Shown here piece after piece: positions 23,022 through 35,929 of a stretch of 64,000 bases of DNA. A program made the translations under genes and the position numbers. The notes below the pieces were generated by a model. That model was not told the DNA's origin. It ran no database searches and was given only the letters and a program-made list of their open reading frames with translations. The DNA is from Rhodospirillales bacterium (GTDB taxonomy: Bacteria; Pseudomonadota; Alphaproteobacteria; MPNO01; UBA2964): contig JAYOLL010000008.1 of assembly GCA_038120295.1 (NCBI GenBank), forward strand, positions 40,810-104,809, written 5' to 3'. How positions within the stretch are numbered: position 1 is the first letter of the stretch; each line of letters opens with the position of its first letter.

Positions 23022-23450
23022 TCAGCCGTACAGGTCTTTTGCCCGTTCTTCAAAGGCCCCGACCATCCGCCGCACAGCCTCGCCGAACAGCGGTCCCATG
23101 ATGCTTTTCAGAAGCCGCGAACGGAACTCGAAATCGATAAAGAAGGCGATGTTGCACCCGCCTTCAGCCGGTTCGAATTTCCAGTGGTTTTCCAGATGCT
23201 TGAAGGGCCCTTTCTGATACTCGACATCAATTCCTGACGGGCGGTCGAACGTCACTTTCGAGGTAAAGGTTTCGCGCAGGGCCTTGAACCCGACGATCAC
23301 ATCGGCCAGCACCCTCTCCTCCTCGCGCCGAACGATCCTTGCACCGACGCACCAGGGCAGGAATTCCGGGTAGCGTTCGATATCGGCGACGAGATCGAAG
23401 AGCTGTTCGGGGCTATATGGCAGGAACCGCTGTTCCGAGTGTTGCGGCAT
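23022..23450 (-). CDS. SRPBCC-family protein (RatA/Coq10-like, polyketide cyclase fold)
   Basis: 142 aa; conserved YPEFLPWC motif; sits next to lipA. Confidence 0.75.
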   Translation of the reverse strand: MPQHSEQRFLPYSPEQLFDLVADIERYPEFLPWCVGARIVRREEERVLADVIVGFKALRETFTSKVTFDRPSGIDVEYQKGPFKHLENHWKFEPAEGGCNIAFFIDFEFRSRLLKSIMGPLFGEAVRRMVGAFEERAKDLYG

Positions 23451-23464
23451 TTATTCGGTTTTTC

Positions 23465-24427
23465 TTACTGGACAGTTTGTCTGGACAGTTTGGCTTCGCG
23501 CGCTTCACGCAGGCGCTGGAAATCCTCGTCCGCATGATAGGAGGAGCGCGTCAGCGGGGTGGCAGAGACCAGCAGGAACCCCTTCGCAACCGCGTGCGCC
23601 CGCAAATCGTCGAACTCGTCGGGCGTGATGAAGCGATCGAGCGGATGATGCTTGGGCGTCGGCTGGAGATACTGCCCGACCGTCAGGAAATCGACATCCG
23701 CCGAACGCAGATCGTCCATCACCTGGGCGACCTCGATAAGCCCTTCTCCTAATCCCACCATGAGCCCGGATTTGGTGAAGACCGTGGGGTCGAGTCTCTT
23801 CGCCTCGTCCAGCAGCCTGAGAGAATGGTAATAGCGCGCGCCGGGGCGAACCGTCGGATAGAGCCGCGGCACGGTTTCCAGATTGTGGTTGAACACGTCG
23901 GGGCGCGCCTCGATCACGACCTCCAGCGCACCGTCCTTGCGCAGGAAATCGGGCGTCAGCACCTCGATGGTGGTTTCCGGCGCGGCATCGCGGATCGCCC
24001 GGATCACGGCAGCGAAATGAGCGGCCCCGCCGTCGGAAAGATCGTCCCGGTCGACCGAGGTAATCACCACATGACGCAGCCCCAGACGCGCCACCGCTTC
24101 GGCGACATACGCCGGTTCGTCCTCATCGACCGTATCCGGCAGGCCGGTGGCTACATTGCAGAATGCGCAGGCCCGCGTACAGACCGCGCCGAGGATCATC
24201 ATGGTCGCATGCCGCTGCGACCAGCATTCGCCGATATTGGGACACGCCGCCTCCTCACACACGGTGACGAGGTTCAGATCGCGCATCAGGCCGCGCGTGC
24301 GGAAATACTCCTCCGAGTTCGGCGCCTTGACCCTGATCCAGTCCGGCTTGCGCGGCCCCTTGCTGTCGGGCCGGTTCGCCTTCTCCGGATGGCGCGGGCG
24401 CAGATTCTCAACATTGGAGGCCATCAC
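23465..24427 (-). CDS. lipA: Lipoyl synthase
   Basis: 320 aa; CxxxCxxC radical-SAM cluster (CTRACAFC) and N-terminal auxiliary cluster cysteines. Confidence 0.95.
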   Translation of the reverse strand: MMASNVENLRPRHPEKANRPDSKGPRKPDWIRVKAPNSEEYFRTRGLMRDLNLVTVCEEAACPNIGECWSQRHATMMILGAVCTRACAFCNVATGLPDTVDEDEPAYVAEAVARLGLRHVVITSVDRDDLSDGGAAHFAAVIRAIRDAAPETTIEVLTPDFLRKDGALEVVIEARPDVFNHNLETVPRLYPTVRPGARYYHSLRLLDEAKRLDPTVFTKSGLMVGLGEGLIEVAQVMDDLRSADVDFLTVGQYLQPTPKHHPLDRFITPDEFDDLRAHAVAKGFLLVSATPLTRSSYHADEDFQRLREAREAKLSRQTVQ

Positions 24428-24454
24428 ATTCCTCCGCCGCGTCGTTTGCCGAAG

Positions 24455-24566
24455 CCCACCTCCCCTGTCCCCTCCCCCCTGAAGGGCGGAGGGGGACGCA
24501 GTTGCAACAGCTCGCCGAGCCCCCTCTCTGCCCCGAGAGGCGGAGAGGGTTGGGGAGAGGTGGGGG
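24455..24566. repeat. GC-rich nested palindromic element (outer stem enclosing two hairpins), REP/RIME-like
   Basis: CCCACCTCCCC...GGGGAGAGGTGGGGG outer arms; inner hairpins GTCCCCTCCCCCC-TGAAGGG-CGGAGGGGGAC and CCCCTCTCTGCC-CCGAGA-GGCGGAGAGGG. Confidence 0.55.
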
Positions 24567-24597
24567 TTATCGCGATCTCAGTCATGCGCAAAGTGCA

Positions 24598-25995
24598 TCA
24601 GAAATGGATCACCCGGCCGAACGCATCGAGCACGGATTCGTGCATCGCCTCCGACAGGGTCGGGTGCGGGAAGACCGTGTGCATCAGTTCGGCTTCGGTC
24701 AGTTCTCCGGCGCGGGCGACCGTGTAGCCCTGGATCATCTCGGTGACTTCAGGGCCGATCATGTGGGCCCCGAGCAGTTCGCCGGTTTTCGCATCGAACA
24801 CCGTCTTGACGAAACCGTCCGGATCGCCCAGCGCGATGGCCTTGCCGTTGCCCTGGAACGGGAATTTGCCGACGTTGACCTCGTATCCCTTTTCCCTCGC
24901 CGCCGCCTCGGTCATGCCGACGCTTGCGACCTGCGGGCGGCAATAGGTGCAGCCGGGTATGTTCGACGTGTCGAGCGGATGCGTGTCCAGCCCGGCGATA
25001 TGCTCGACGCAGATCACGCCCTCATGGCTCGCCTTATGCGCCAGCCAGGGCGGCCCCGTCAGATCGCCGATGGCGAAGACGCCCTTCTCGCCCGTCTCGC
25101 ACCACTGGTCGATGACAACATGGGTGCGGTCGACCTCGATCTTCGTTCCTTCGAGCCCGATATCCTCGACATTGCCCTGGATACCGACGGCGAGGATGAC
25201 TTTCTCCACCGAAATGGCCTCAGCGCCGTCGCCGGTATCGACGGTCGCCGTGACACCGTCGCCGGACGCATCCAGCCCCTCGACCTTTGCGCCGGTATGA
25301 ATGGCAATCCCCTGCCCTTCGAACGCCTTCTGCGCGTGGGCGGAAATATCCGCGTCCTCGACGGGCAGGATGCGGTCCATCACCTCGACCACCGTCACCT
25401 CAGCGCCGAGATCGCTGTAGAAGCTGGCGAATTCCATCCCGATCGCGCCGGACCCCACCACCAGCAGCGATTTCGGCATGGCTTCCGGCACCATGGCTTC
25501 GCGGTAGGTCCAGATCTTCTCGCCGTCGGGCTCCATGCCCGGCAGAGAACGCGCCCGCGCACCGGTGGCGAGGATGATGTTTTTGGCCTTCAGGTCTTCG
25601 GTCTTGCCATCCTTGTCCGTCACCGCGAGCGTTCCCGGCCCGGCGAGTTTGCCTGCGCCATCGAACACGGTGACCTTGTTCTTTTTCAGCAGGTGACCGA
25701 CGCCCTGGTTCAGACGGCGCGCAACCGTGCGCGAGCGCTTCACGATCTTCGAGATATCGAAGGATATGTTCTCCGCCGACATGCCGAACGCATCGAGATT
25801 CTGCAGGATGTGATGGATTTCCGACGTGCGGAGCAGCGCCTTCGTCGGGATACAGCCCCAGTTGAGGCAGATGCCGCCAAGATGCTCCTTCTCGACCAGG
25901 GCCGTGTTCATGCCGAGCTGGCTGGCGCGGATCGCGGCGACATAGCCGCCGGGCCCGCCGCCCACCACGATGAGGTCGAACTGGTTGTCAGCCAT
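24598..25995 (-). CDS. lpdA: Dihydrolipoyl dehydrogenase (E3)
   Basis: 465 aa; FAD motif GGGPGGY, redox disulfide GGICLNWGCIP, C-terminal HPTLSE. Confidence 0.95.
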   Translation of the reverse strand: MADNQFDLIVVGGGPGGYVAAIRASQLGMNTALVEKEHLGGICLNWGCIPTKALLRTSEIHHILQNLDAFGMSAENISFDISKIVKRSRTVARRLNQGVGHLLKKNKVTVFDGAGKLAGPGTLAVTDKDGKTEDLKAKNIILATGARARSLPGMEPDGEKIWTYREAMVPEAMPKSLLVVGSGAIGMEFASFYSDLGAEVTVVEVMDRILPVEDADISAHAQKAFEGQGIAIHTGAKVEGLDASGDGVTATVDTGDGAEAISVEKVILAVGIQGNVEDIGLEGTKIEVDRTHVVIDQWCETGEKGVFAIGDLTGPPWLAHKASHEGVICVEHIAGLDTHPLDTSNIPGCTYCRPQVASVGMTEAAAREKGYEVNVGKFPFQGNGKAIALGDPDGFVKTVFDAKTGELLGAHMIGPEVTEMIQGYTVARAGELTEAELMHTVFPHPTLSEAMHESVLDAFGRVIHF

Positions 25996-26014
25996 TGGAA
26001 TTCCTTGCTGGTGG

Positions 26015-27409
26015 CTAGAGAAGCATCGCCGGCGGGTATTCGATCAGCCGCTTGATGGCGGCAAGCAGCTGCGCGCCCATCGCCCCGTCGACCACCCGAT
26101 GATCGACCGACAGGGTACAGCTCATCACGGTCGCCGGCACGATCTCGCCGTTCTTCACCACGGGCCGCGCCTCTCCCGCGCCGACCGCGAGGATGCAGCC
26201 CTGCGGCTCGTTGATGACGGCATCGAACTGCTTCACCCCGAACATGCCGAGATTGGAAATACTGAACGATCCACCCTGGTATTCCTCGGGCATCAGCTTG
26301 CCGTCGCGCGCGCGCCCGGCGAGGTCCTTCATCTCGGCGGAAATGTCCGCCAGACCCTTGCTGTTGGCATCGCGAATGATCGGCGTGATCAGCCCGCCCT
26401 CGATCGCCACCGCGACCGAGATATCCGCCCGGCGATATTTCCGCACCAGACCTTCGGCTTCGAATCCGGCATTGGCATCGGGAACCTCCATCAGGGCCAG
26501 CGCACAGGCGCGGATGATGAAATCGTTTACCGACAGCTTGATGCCGTCCTTCTCGCCGCGCTCGTTCAGAGCCTTGCGGACCTTCAGCAGCTCGTCGATC
26601 TCGCAGTCGACCGTCAGGTAGAAATGCGGAACGGTCGATTTGGAATGCGCCATGCGCTCGGCGATGACCTTGCGCATGGTCGACATCTTGACGATGTCGT
26701 AGGCCTCGCTCGCCGGGATATCGGCAGCCTCGGGCGCTTCTGCCGGGGCTTCCGGTCTCGGCGCGGATCTGGCCGCCTCCACGTCCGCTTTCACGATGCG
26801 ACCGTTGGGGCCCGTTCCGTCAATGCCTGAAAGCTCCAGCCCGGCCTCTTGCGCCAGACGGCGCGCCAGAGGGCTCGCAAACACGCGGTCGCCGTTATTG
26901 GCCGGCGCAGCTTTCGTTGCCGGCTTGCCGCCGACGGCCGCCTCGACATCGGCCCGCGTGATCTTGCCGCGCGCGCCGGTCCCTTCGATTGCAGCGATAT
27001 CGACGCCTTCCAGTTCCGCGATGCGGCGGGCCAGCGGCGTGATTGCGACATCGCTGTTACTGGGAGACGCGGCGGCTGGTGCGGGCGCGGCCTTTTCTTC
27101 CACTGCAGGCCTCGGGGCTTCCTGGGGCGCCACCGCCGGCTCGTCCCCGATGGACGACGCGTCTTCCCCGTCTTCGAGGATATAGCCGATGATTTCGTTG
27201 ACCTTGACGCCTTCGCTACCGTCGCCGATCACGATCTTTCCGAGCGTGCCCTCGTCGATCGCCTCGACCTCCATCGTCGCCTTGTCGGTTTCGATTTCGG
27301 CCAGCACGTCGCCGGGCGCGATATCGTCGCCTTCCTTCTTGAGCCAGCGGGCCAGATTGCCCTCCGTCATGGTGGGCGAAAGCGCCGGCATCAGGATCTT
27401 GATGGGCAT
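26015..27409 (-). CDS. pdhC: Pyruvate dehydrogenase E2 dihydrolipoyllysine acetyltransferase
   Basis: 464 aa; lipoyl domain ([13 protein letters not shown]), Ala/Pro linkers, E3-binding domain, catalytic DHRVVDGA. Confidence 0.93.
   Translation of the reverse strand: MPIKILMPALSPTMTEGNLARWLKKEGDDIAPGDVLAEIETDKATMEVEAIDEGTLGKIVIGDGSEGVKVNEIIGYILEDGEDASSIGDEPAVAPQEAPRPAVEEKAAPAPAAASPSNSDVAITPLARRIAELEGVDIAAIEGTGARGKITRADVEAAVGGKPATKAAPANNGDRVFASPLARRLAQEAGLELSGIDGTGPNGRIVKADVEAARSAPRPEAPAEAPEAADIPASEAYDIVKMSTMRKVIAERMAHSKSTVPHFYLTVDCEIDELLKVRKALNERGEKDGIKLSVNDFIIRACALALMEVPDANAGFEAEGLVRKYRRADISVAVAIEGGLITPIIRDANSKGLADISAEMKDLAGRARDGKLMPEEYQGGSFSISNLGMFGVKQFDAVINEPQGCILAVGAGEARPVVKNGEIVPATVMSCTLSVDHRVVDGAMGAQLLAAIKRLIEYPPAMLL
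27185..27409. repeat. Lipoyl-domain coding repeat, copy 1 (in pdhC); about 85% nt identity to copy in pdhB
   Basis: Direct alignment of the two 5' coding segments; both encode [25 protein letters not shown]... Confidence 0.6.
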
Positions 27410-27415
27410 CGGCGA

Positions 27416-28831
27416 TCAGTCCCGATAGCAGGCGGCTTTCGCCGCCGCCGCTATGTCCGCTGCCTGCGGCAGGGCCAGCTTTTCCAGATTGGCCGCATAG
27501 GGCAGCGGCACGTCCTCGGCGCAGACCCGCATAACCGGCGCATCAAGCCAGTCGAACGCGGCTTCCATCATGCGAGCGGCGATCTCCGACCCGATGCCGG
27601 AGAACGGCCAGCCCTCTTCCGCCGATACGATGCGGTTGGTCTTCTTCACCGAGTTTACGATGGTGTCGGTGTCGAGCGGACGAATGGTGCGGAGATCGAT
27701 CACTTCGGCGTCGATGCCTTCGGCGGCCAGCATCTCAGCGGCTTCTATCGCCTTGCCCACCATGATCGAAAACGCGGTGATCGTGACGTCGGCGCCTTCG
27801 CGAACCACCTTCGCCTTGCCGATCGGCACGGTCCAGTCATCGTCCTTCGGCACCTCGAAGCTCTGGCCGTAGAGGAGTTCGTTCTCGAGGAAAATTACCG
27901 GGTTGGGATTGCGGATCACGGATTTCAGCAGCCCCTTGTGATCGGCCGCGCTCCACGGGGAGACCACGATCAGCCCGGGGATATGGGCATACCAGCTCGC
28001 ATAGCATTGCGAATGCTGGGCGGCGACCCGGGCCGCCGCGCCGTTGGGCCCCCGAAAAACGATCGGGCAGCGCATCTGGCCGCCCGACATGTAGTTGGTC
28101 TTCGCCGCGGAATTGATAATCTGGTCCATCGCCTGCATGGCGAAATTGAAGGTCATGAACTCGACGATGGGTTTGAGACCCGCCATCGCCGCGCCGACGC
28201 CGACGCCGGTAAAGCCGTGCTCGGTAATCGGCGTATCGACCACCCGGCGCGGCCCGAACTCATCGAGCAGCCCCTGGCTGACCTTGTAGGCGCCCTGATA
28301 CTGAGCGACCTCCTCACCCTGCAGATAGACGCGCTCATCGGCGCGCATTTCCTCGGCCATCGCGTCGCGCAGGGATTCGCGAATGGTAAGGCTTGTCGTC
28401 TGGCCGGCATGGTCCGGTTTCGCCGCCGTCTGCAAAGCCGCCGCAAGAGTGTCCCCGTCGACCGGTTTGGCTTCCGCTTTCTGTGGAGTCTTCTTCCCGG
28501 CAGGCTCGGCTTTTGCTTCTGCCTTCGGCGCAGGAGCGGCCTTCGGTTCGGGTGCAGGCGCTGCGGGCGCGTCCGCAGGGGCGTCCTCGCCATCGGCCAG
28601 GATCAGGCCGATCACCTGGTTGACCGCGACGCCCTCGCTGCCGTCCGGCACCATGATCCTGCCGAGCGTGCCTTCATCGATGGCTTCGACCTCCATGGTC
28701 GCCTTGTCGGTTTCGATCTCGGCCAGTACGTCGCCCGGCTCGATCCTGTCACCTTCCTTCTTGTGCCAGCGCGCCAGGTTGCCCTCGGTCATGGTCGGCG
28801 AGAGGGCCGGCATGAGAATTTCGATCGCCAT
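27416..28831 (-). CDS. pdhB: Pyruvate dehydrogenase E1 beta subunit with N-terminal lipoyl domain
   Basis: 471 aa; lipoyl domain + linker + transketolase-like pyrimidine-binding and C-terminal domains. Confidence 0.93.
   Translation of the reverse strand: MAIEILMPALSPTMTEGNLARWHKKEGDRIEPGDVLAEIETDKATMEVEAIDEGTLGRIMVPDGSEGVAVNQVIGLILADGEDAPADAPAAPAPEPKAAPAPKAEAKAEPAGKKTPQKAEAKPVDGDTLAAALQTAAKPDHAGQTTSLTIRESLRDAMAEEMRADERVYLQGEEVAQYQGAYKVSQGLLDEFGPRRVVDTPITEHGFTGVGVGAAMAGLKPIVEFMTFNFAMQAMDQIINSAAKTNYMSGGQMRCPIVFRGPNGAAARVAAQHSQCYASWYAHIPGLIVVSPWSAADHKGLLKSVIRNPNPVIFLENELLYGQSFEVPKDDDWTVPIGKAKVVREGADVTITAFSIMVGKAIEAAEMLAAEGIDAEVIDLRTIRPLDTDTIVNSVKKTNRIVSAEEGWPFSGIGSEIAARMMEAAFDWLDAPVMRVCAEDVPLPYAANLEKLALPQAADIAAAAKAACYRD
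28607..28831. repeat. Lipoyl-domain coding repeat, copy 2 (in pdhB)
   Basis: See copy 1. Confidence 0.6.
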
Positions 28832-28849
28832 GTTCTGCTGCTCCCGTTC

Positions 28850-29890
28850 TCAGGCTTCGACCAGCACGTCGGTATACAGCTCCGACGGGTCCGGTTCCGG
28901 GCTCGACTGTGCGAACTCCGCCGCTTCCTTCACGATCTCGCGCACCTCGCGGTCGATCTCTTTCGCTTCTTCCTCGGAAAGCGCGTCGGCCGCAACCAGC
29001 TTCGCCTGCAGGTTGGAAATCGGGTCCTGCTCGTCGCGCACCTTGTCGACCTCTTCCTTGGATCGGTAGGTCGCCGGATCCGACATCGAATGGCCGCGAT
29101 AGCGGTAGGTCTGCATTTCGAGAATATAAGGACCGTTGCCGCTGCGGCAGATTTCAGCGGCCTTTTCTGCCGCCGCCTTCACCGCCTCGACATCCATGCC
29201 GTCGACCTGCATCCCGTCGATCTCCAGCCCCGCGCCGAGCTCGTACAGATCCTTCTGCGCCGAGGCCCGCTCGACCGAAGTGCCCATGCCGTAGCGATTG
29301 TTCTCGATGACGTAAATCACCGGCAGGTTCCACAGGGCGGCCATGTTGAAGCTCTCATGTACCTGGCCCTGATTGGACGCGCCGTCGCCGAAATAGGCCA
29401 TCGTGATGCAGCCATCGTCGCGATATTTCTGCGCGAAGGCGATGCCGGTGCCGATCGAGACCTGCGCGCCGACGATGCCGTGCCCGCCATAGAAATTCTT
29501 TTCGATGCTGAACATGTGCATCGAGCCGCCCTTGCCGCGGGAATAGCCTCCCTCGCGGCCGGTCAGTTCGGCCATTACGCCTTTCGGGTCCATGCCGCAG
29601 GCCAGCATGTGGCCATGATCGCGATACGAGGTGATGAGAGCGTCGTCTTCGGTAACCGCCGCCTGCATGCCGACCACCACGGCCTCCTGACCTATATACA
29701 GGTGACAGAAACCGCCGATCAGCCCCATGCCGTACAGCTGGCCCGCGCGCTCCTCGAAGCGGCGGATCAGCAGCATGTCGCGATAGCATTTCTTCAGAAG
29801 TTCAGGATCGTTGGCGAGAACGGATTTGCCGTTCCCCTTCTTCGCCGCCGCTTTCTTCGCTGAAGATGCGGATTTTCGTTTTGTCGCCAT
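28850..29890 (-). CDS. pdhA: Pyruvate dehydrogenase E1 alpha subunit
   Basis: 346 aa; TPP-binding GDG...N motif (YFGDGASNQG). Confidence 0.93.
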   Translation of the reverse strand: MATKRKSASSAKKAAAKKGNGKSVLANDPELLKKCYRDMLLIRRFEERAGQLYGMGLIGGFCHLYIGQEAVVVGMQAAVTEDDALITSYRDHGHMLACGMDPKGVMAELTGREGGYSRGKGGSMHMFSIEKNFYGGHGIVGAQVSIGTGIAFAQKYRDDGCITMAYFGDGASNQGQVHESFNMAALWNLPVIYVIENNRYGMGTSVERASAQKDLYELGAGLEIDGMQVDGMDVEAVKAAAEKAAEICRSGNGPYILEMQTYRYRGHSMSDPATYRSKEEVDKVRDEQDPISNLQAKLVAADALSEEEAKEIDREVREIVKEAAEFAQSSPEPDPSELYTDVLVEA

Positions 29891-30087
29891 CTCGGATATC
29901 CCTGTTCAGACGCGTGGAACCCGGTGGGAGCCTAGCCCGTTAACCGTAAATCGAGCGTATACGAAAGCGGCTTCGCCGCAAAACGAAGGCTGTGAAAGTT
30001 TGTATTTTTTTGCAGGGCGGTTTTGAAAGAAATATGCAAAACCGGAGGCGCGAACGAAACGAACCCCGAAACCGGCTAATTTACCGG

Positions 30088-30399
30088 CTATTTTACAGGA
30101 ATAACGATCTCATCCTGGCGGGCAAAACCGGTCACCGCGCGCGCCCGTTCCTCCAGCATGTCCGGATCGATCTTTTCGCCGCTCAGCAGCGCCGTGCGGT
30201 TCTCCCACGCCGACCGCGTCGCCGACGACGCAGCAAGCGAGGCTTCTGCAACGGCAACCTGCTGACGAAGCTGTACCCAAGCCAGCAGGCCGCGATCTCC
30301 CTGTACGGCATGCAGGATAAAGTAGGCAAAAAGCAGGGCTCCCAGGATAGAGCCTGCGACGTGACGCCCCCGGCGGCGGATTTCCAGAACAACCGACAT
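30088..30399 (-). CDS. ftsB: Septum formation initiator family protein (FtsB-like)
   Basis: 103 aa; N-terminal TM then coiled coil; conserved position between eno and pdhA. Confidence 0.7.
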   Translation of the reverse strand: MSVVLEIRRRGRHVAGSILGALLFAYFILHAVQGDRGLLAWVQLRQQVAVAEASLAASSATRSAWENRTALLSGEKIDPDMLEERARAVTGFARQDEIVIPVK

Positions 30400-30444
30400 G
30401 AGCGAATCGAATCACAGACCGATTCGTCGGGTCAAGGAAATTAT

Positions 30445-30473
30445 CGAAAAAGAGTCAAATAAGTCAGGACTCT
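30445..30473 (-). terminator. Putative rho-independent terminator downstream of eno (6-bp stem AGAGTC/GACTCT, 11-nt loop, T5 tail)
   Basis: Read from sequence; weak stem. Confidence 0.35.
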
Positions 30474-30546
30474 AGTGAAACCTGTGACAAAAATGATTCA
30501 GCTTGACTCGGGATACGTGCATTTCGCTGAGGGATGCCTCGTCCGC

Positions 30547-31872
<1,326 letters not shown>

Positions 31873-31876
31873 CTAA

Positions 31877-32710
31877 TCAGGCCGATGACTTAGCCAATCC
31901 GTCGAACGCCTTCAAGGTCCCAAGCAGCTTTTCCATCCGGTCAAGCGGCACCATGTTGGGGCCGTCGGAGGGCGCGCTGTCCGGATCCTGATGGGTTTCC
32001 ATGAACACCGCCGCGACGCCGATGGCGAGCGCCGCGCGGGCCAGCACCGGCACGTATTGCCGCTCGCCGCCGGAAGTACCCCCCTGCCCGCCGGGCTGCT
32101 GCACCGAATGGGTCGCGTCGAACACCACCGGATAGCCGGTTTCCGCCATGATCGGCAGCGAACGCATATCAGACACCAGCGTGTTGTAGCCGAAGCTCGT
32201 CCCGCGTTCGCACATCATGACGCTGTCATTGCCGCTCTCGGACGCCTTGGCGACCACGTTGACCATGTCCCACGGGGCGAGGAACTGGCCCTTCTTGATA
32301 TTGAGCGCTTTCCCCGTATTGGCGGCGGCGACGATGAGGTCTGTCTGGCGGCACAGGAAGGCGGGGATCTGCAGCACGTCGACCGCTTCCGCCACCGGCG
32401 CGCATTGTTCGGCCGTATGAACGTCGGTGATCACCGGACAGCCATAGGTTTCCCGGACTTCCGCCAGGATAGGCAGGCTTTCCTCCAGCCCCAGCCCCCG
32501 GTTGGACCGGATCGACGTCCGGTTGGCCTTGTCGAACGAGGATTTGTAGATCAGCCCGATCCCCAGACGCCCGGTCATCTCGACCAGCGCCTGGCTCATC
32601 TCCAGCGCGTGCGCCCGGCTTTCCAGCGCGCACGGCCCGGCGATCAGCGTGAACGGGAGATCGTTGCCGACGGTAAGCCCGCCGATGGAGATATGGCGTT
32701 GCTGCGTCAT
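31877..32710 (-). CDS. kdsA: 3-deoxy-8-phosphooctulonate synthase
   Basis: 277 aa; KdsA motifs GPCALES...KSSFDKANR...DVH. Confidence 0.93.
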   Translation of the reverse strand: MTQQRHISIGGLTVGNDLPFTLIAGPCALESRAHALEMSQALVEMTGRLGIGLIYKSSFDKANRTSIRSNRGLGLEESLPILAEVRETYGCPVITDVHTAEQCAPVAEAVDVLQIPAFLCRQTDLIVAAANTGKALNIKKGQFLAPWDMVNVVAKASESGNDSVMMCERGTSFGYNTLVSDMRSLPIMAETGYPVVFDATHSVQQPGGQGGTSGGERQYVPVLARAALAIGVAAVFMETHQDPDSAPSDGPNMVPLDRMEKLLGTLKAFDGLAKSSA

Positions 32711-32713
32711 CGC

Positions 32714-34465
<1,752 letters not shown>

Positions 34466-34780
34466 CTAGTTGGCGAGCGGTACGCTCGGGGTCGCGGGCG
34501 TCGCCGGCTGCTGGACCGGCGCCGCCGGCTGATCGACGATCGACCTGCCCTGACGCGCATTGCCGGCAAGAATAGCCAGCGTGATGCTGGTCACGATAAA
34601 GCAGGTCGCGATGATGCCCGTCGCACGGGTCAGCAGGTTCGCGGAACCGCGCGCCGTCATCAGCCCGCCCATGTTGCCGCCGCCGATGCCAAGGCCGCCG
34701 CCTTCGCTCTTCTGCAGAAGAATGACGATGATCAGAGCGATCGCGAGCAGCAGATGTATCAGCAGAATAACGGCTTCCAC
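34466..34780 (-). CDS. secG: Preprotein translocase subunit SecG
   Basis: 104 aa; two TM segments with Gly-rich loop LLQKSEGGGLGIGGG. Confidence 0.9.
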   Translation of the reverse strand: MEAVILLIHLLLAIALIIVILLQKSEGGGLGIGGGNMGGLMTARGSANLLTRATGIIATCFIVTSITLAILAGNARQGRSIVDQPAAPVQQPATPATPSVPLAN

Positions 34781-34793
34781 GGCGGATTCCTTG

Positions 34794-34816
34794 TTACTCC
34801 GGGGTTACTCCGGGGC
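34794..34816. repeat. Tandem direct duplication of 11-12 bp (GTTACTCCGGGG x2) immediately 5' of secG
   Basis: Read from sequence; coordinates +/-2. Confidence 0.4.
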
Positions 34817-34921
34817 GGGAACGTTCAGAACGGCCCCGCTCCAGTTCCGGATATTGGTTTTCGGCGGCCTTCTTTTAAGCCCCGCGGCGATATTTTGCCA
34901 GTCTGTTCTTGTTTCGGTCGT

Positions 34922-35683
34922 TCAGGCCGCGCTTTCCAGGATCGACCAGAAATCGTCGACTTTCAGGCTCGCGCCTCCGACCAGCCCGCCATTGACGTTC
35001 GCGAGGGCCAAGATGTCCTGCGCATTCCCGGGGTTAACGGAGCCGCCGTAAAGCAGTCTGACAGCCCCGCTTTCGGCAACCAGCCCGTCGAGGACCGACC
35101 GCATGTGATCGTGGACCTCCCCGATCTGTTCGATAGTGGGTGTCCGCCCGGTACCGATGGCCCAGACCGGCTCGTAGGCAATTACCGTGTTCGCCGCTGT
35201 TGCGCCTTCGGGAACGGACCCGCGAAGCTGCGCTTCGACGACCGCCAGCGTGGTTCCGGCATCGCGTTCCTCCAGCGTTTCGCCGACGCAGATAACGGCG
35301 ACCAGCCCTTCGCCCTGCGCAGCGGTCGCCTTCTGCCTGACCAGGGCGTCCCCTTCCCCGTGATCGGCGCGGCGTTCCGAATGGCCGACAATGCAGTGGC
35401 TGCATCCCATGTCCACGAGCATCGCCGCACTGACGTCCCCGGTATGCGCGCCGGACGAAGCCGTGTGGCAGTCTTGGGCGCCCAGCGCGATTCCCGACCC
35501 GTCGAGTGCGGCCGAAACAGCCGCGATATGCACGAAGGGAGGACAGACGAGCATGTCGCCCGGCATGTCGTCCGAAGCGTCTTTGGCCTTCGCCTTTTCA
35601 GCAAGCCCGCCAGCCAGCGCCACGGCGTCAGCCGTAAGCCCGTTCATTTTCCAGTTGCCCGCGATCAACGGTCGAATAGTCAT
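34922..35683 (-). CDS. tpiA: Triosephosphate isomerase
   Basis: 253 aa from ATG 35683 (GGAAAGTGAGGG SD); [10 protein letters not shown], catalytic [15 protein letters not shown] track extends to 35875 only because no upstream in-frame stop. Confidence 0.93.
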   Translation of the reverse strand: MTIRPLIAGNWKMNGLTADAVALAGGLAEKAKAKDASDDMPGDMLVCPPFVHIAAVSAALDGSGIALGAQDCHTASSGAHTGDVSAAMLVDMGCSHCIVGHSERRADHGEGDALVRQKATAAQGEGLVAVICVGETLEERDAGTTLAVVEAQLRGSVPEGATAANTVIAYEPVWAIGTGRTPTIEQIGEVHDHMRSVLDGLVAESGAVRLLYGGSVNPGNAQDILALANVNGGLVGGASLKVDDFWSILESAA

Positions 35684-35727
35684 GACAACCCTCACTTTCC
35701 AGCGTGACCGTCTAGCATAGGTCCCGC

Positions 35728-35770
35728 GCCCCGACCAGACAGGCCCGACCAGACAGGCCCAACAAGACAG
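35728..35770. repeat. 3 x 14-15 bp tandem direct repeat (GCCCCGACCAGACAG / GCCCGACCAGACAG / GCCCAACAAGACAG) in tpiA-ppiD divergent intergenic region
   Basis: Read from sequence. Confidence 0.7.
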
Positions 35771-35929
35771 GCCGCAACTGGTTTCCGGCCAGGCGCCCCA
35801 CTCATCCCTTTGATATTGCAGTCGGCAGGCGCGATTTCTATGATGCCGCGCTCCACGATCCTGAGGCAGGCGCAATTATATTGCTGCGGGCGCAAGGATG
35901 GACTTGAACTTTCGTACAGGGATGAATTC

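Noticed and set aside
23022-23450. RatA-like gene as a toxin of a toxin-antitoxin pair
   Set aside because: There is no adjacent small antitoxin ORF, and its conserved position next to lipA fits the housekeeping Coq10/SRPBCC lipid-binding protein rather than a mobile TA module.
26849-29863. 1004-aa ORF on + strand (and similar long antisense ORFs at 24502-26055, 31991-33823, 61096-62601, 13417-14100)
   Set aside because: These lie antisense to well-supported conserved genes (pdhC/B/A, lpd, kdsA/pyrG, rseP, ntrX/Y). Their translations are Arg/Gly/Pro-rich low-complexity sequences typical of GC-rich antisense frames, so they are not genes.
34922-35875. 317-aa version of tpiA in the ORF track
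   Set aside because: The N-terminal 64 aa lack any TIM-family similarity and span the tandem-repeat region. The true start is the ATG at 35683 with a good SD; the extension exists only because no upstream in-frame stop intervenes.
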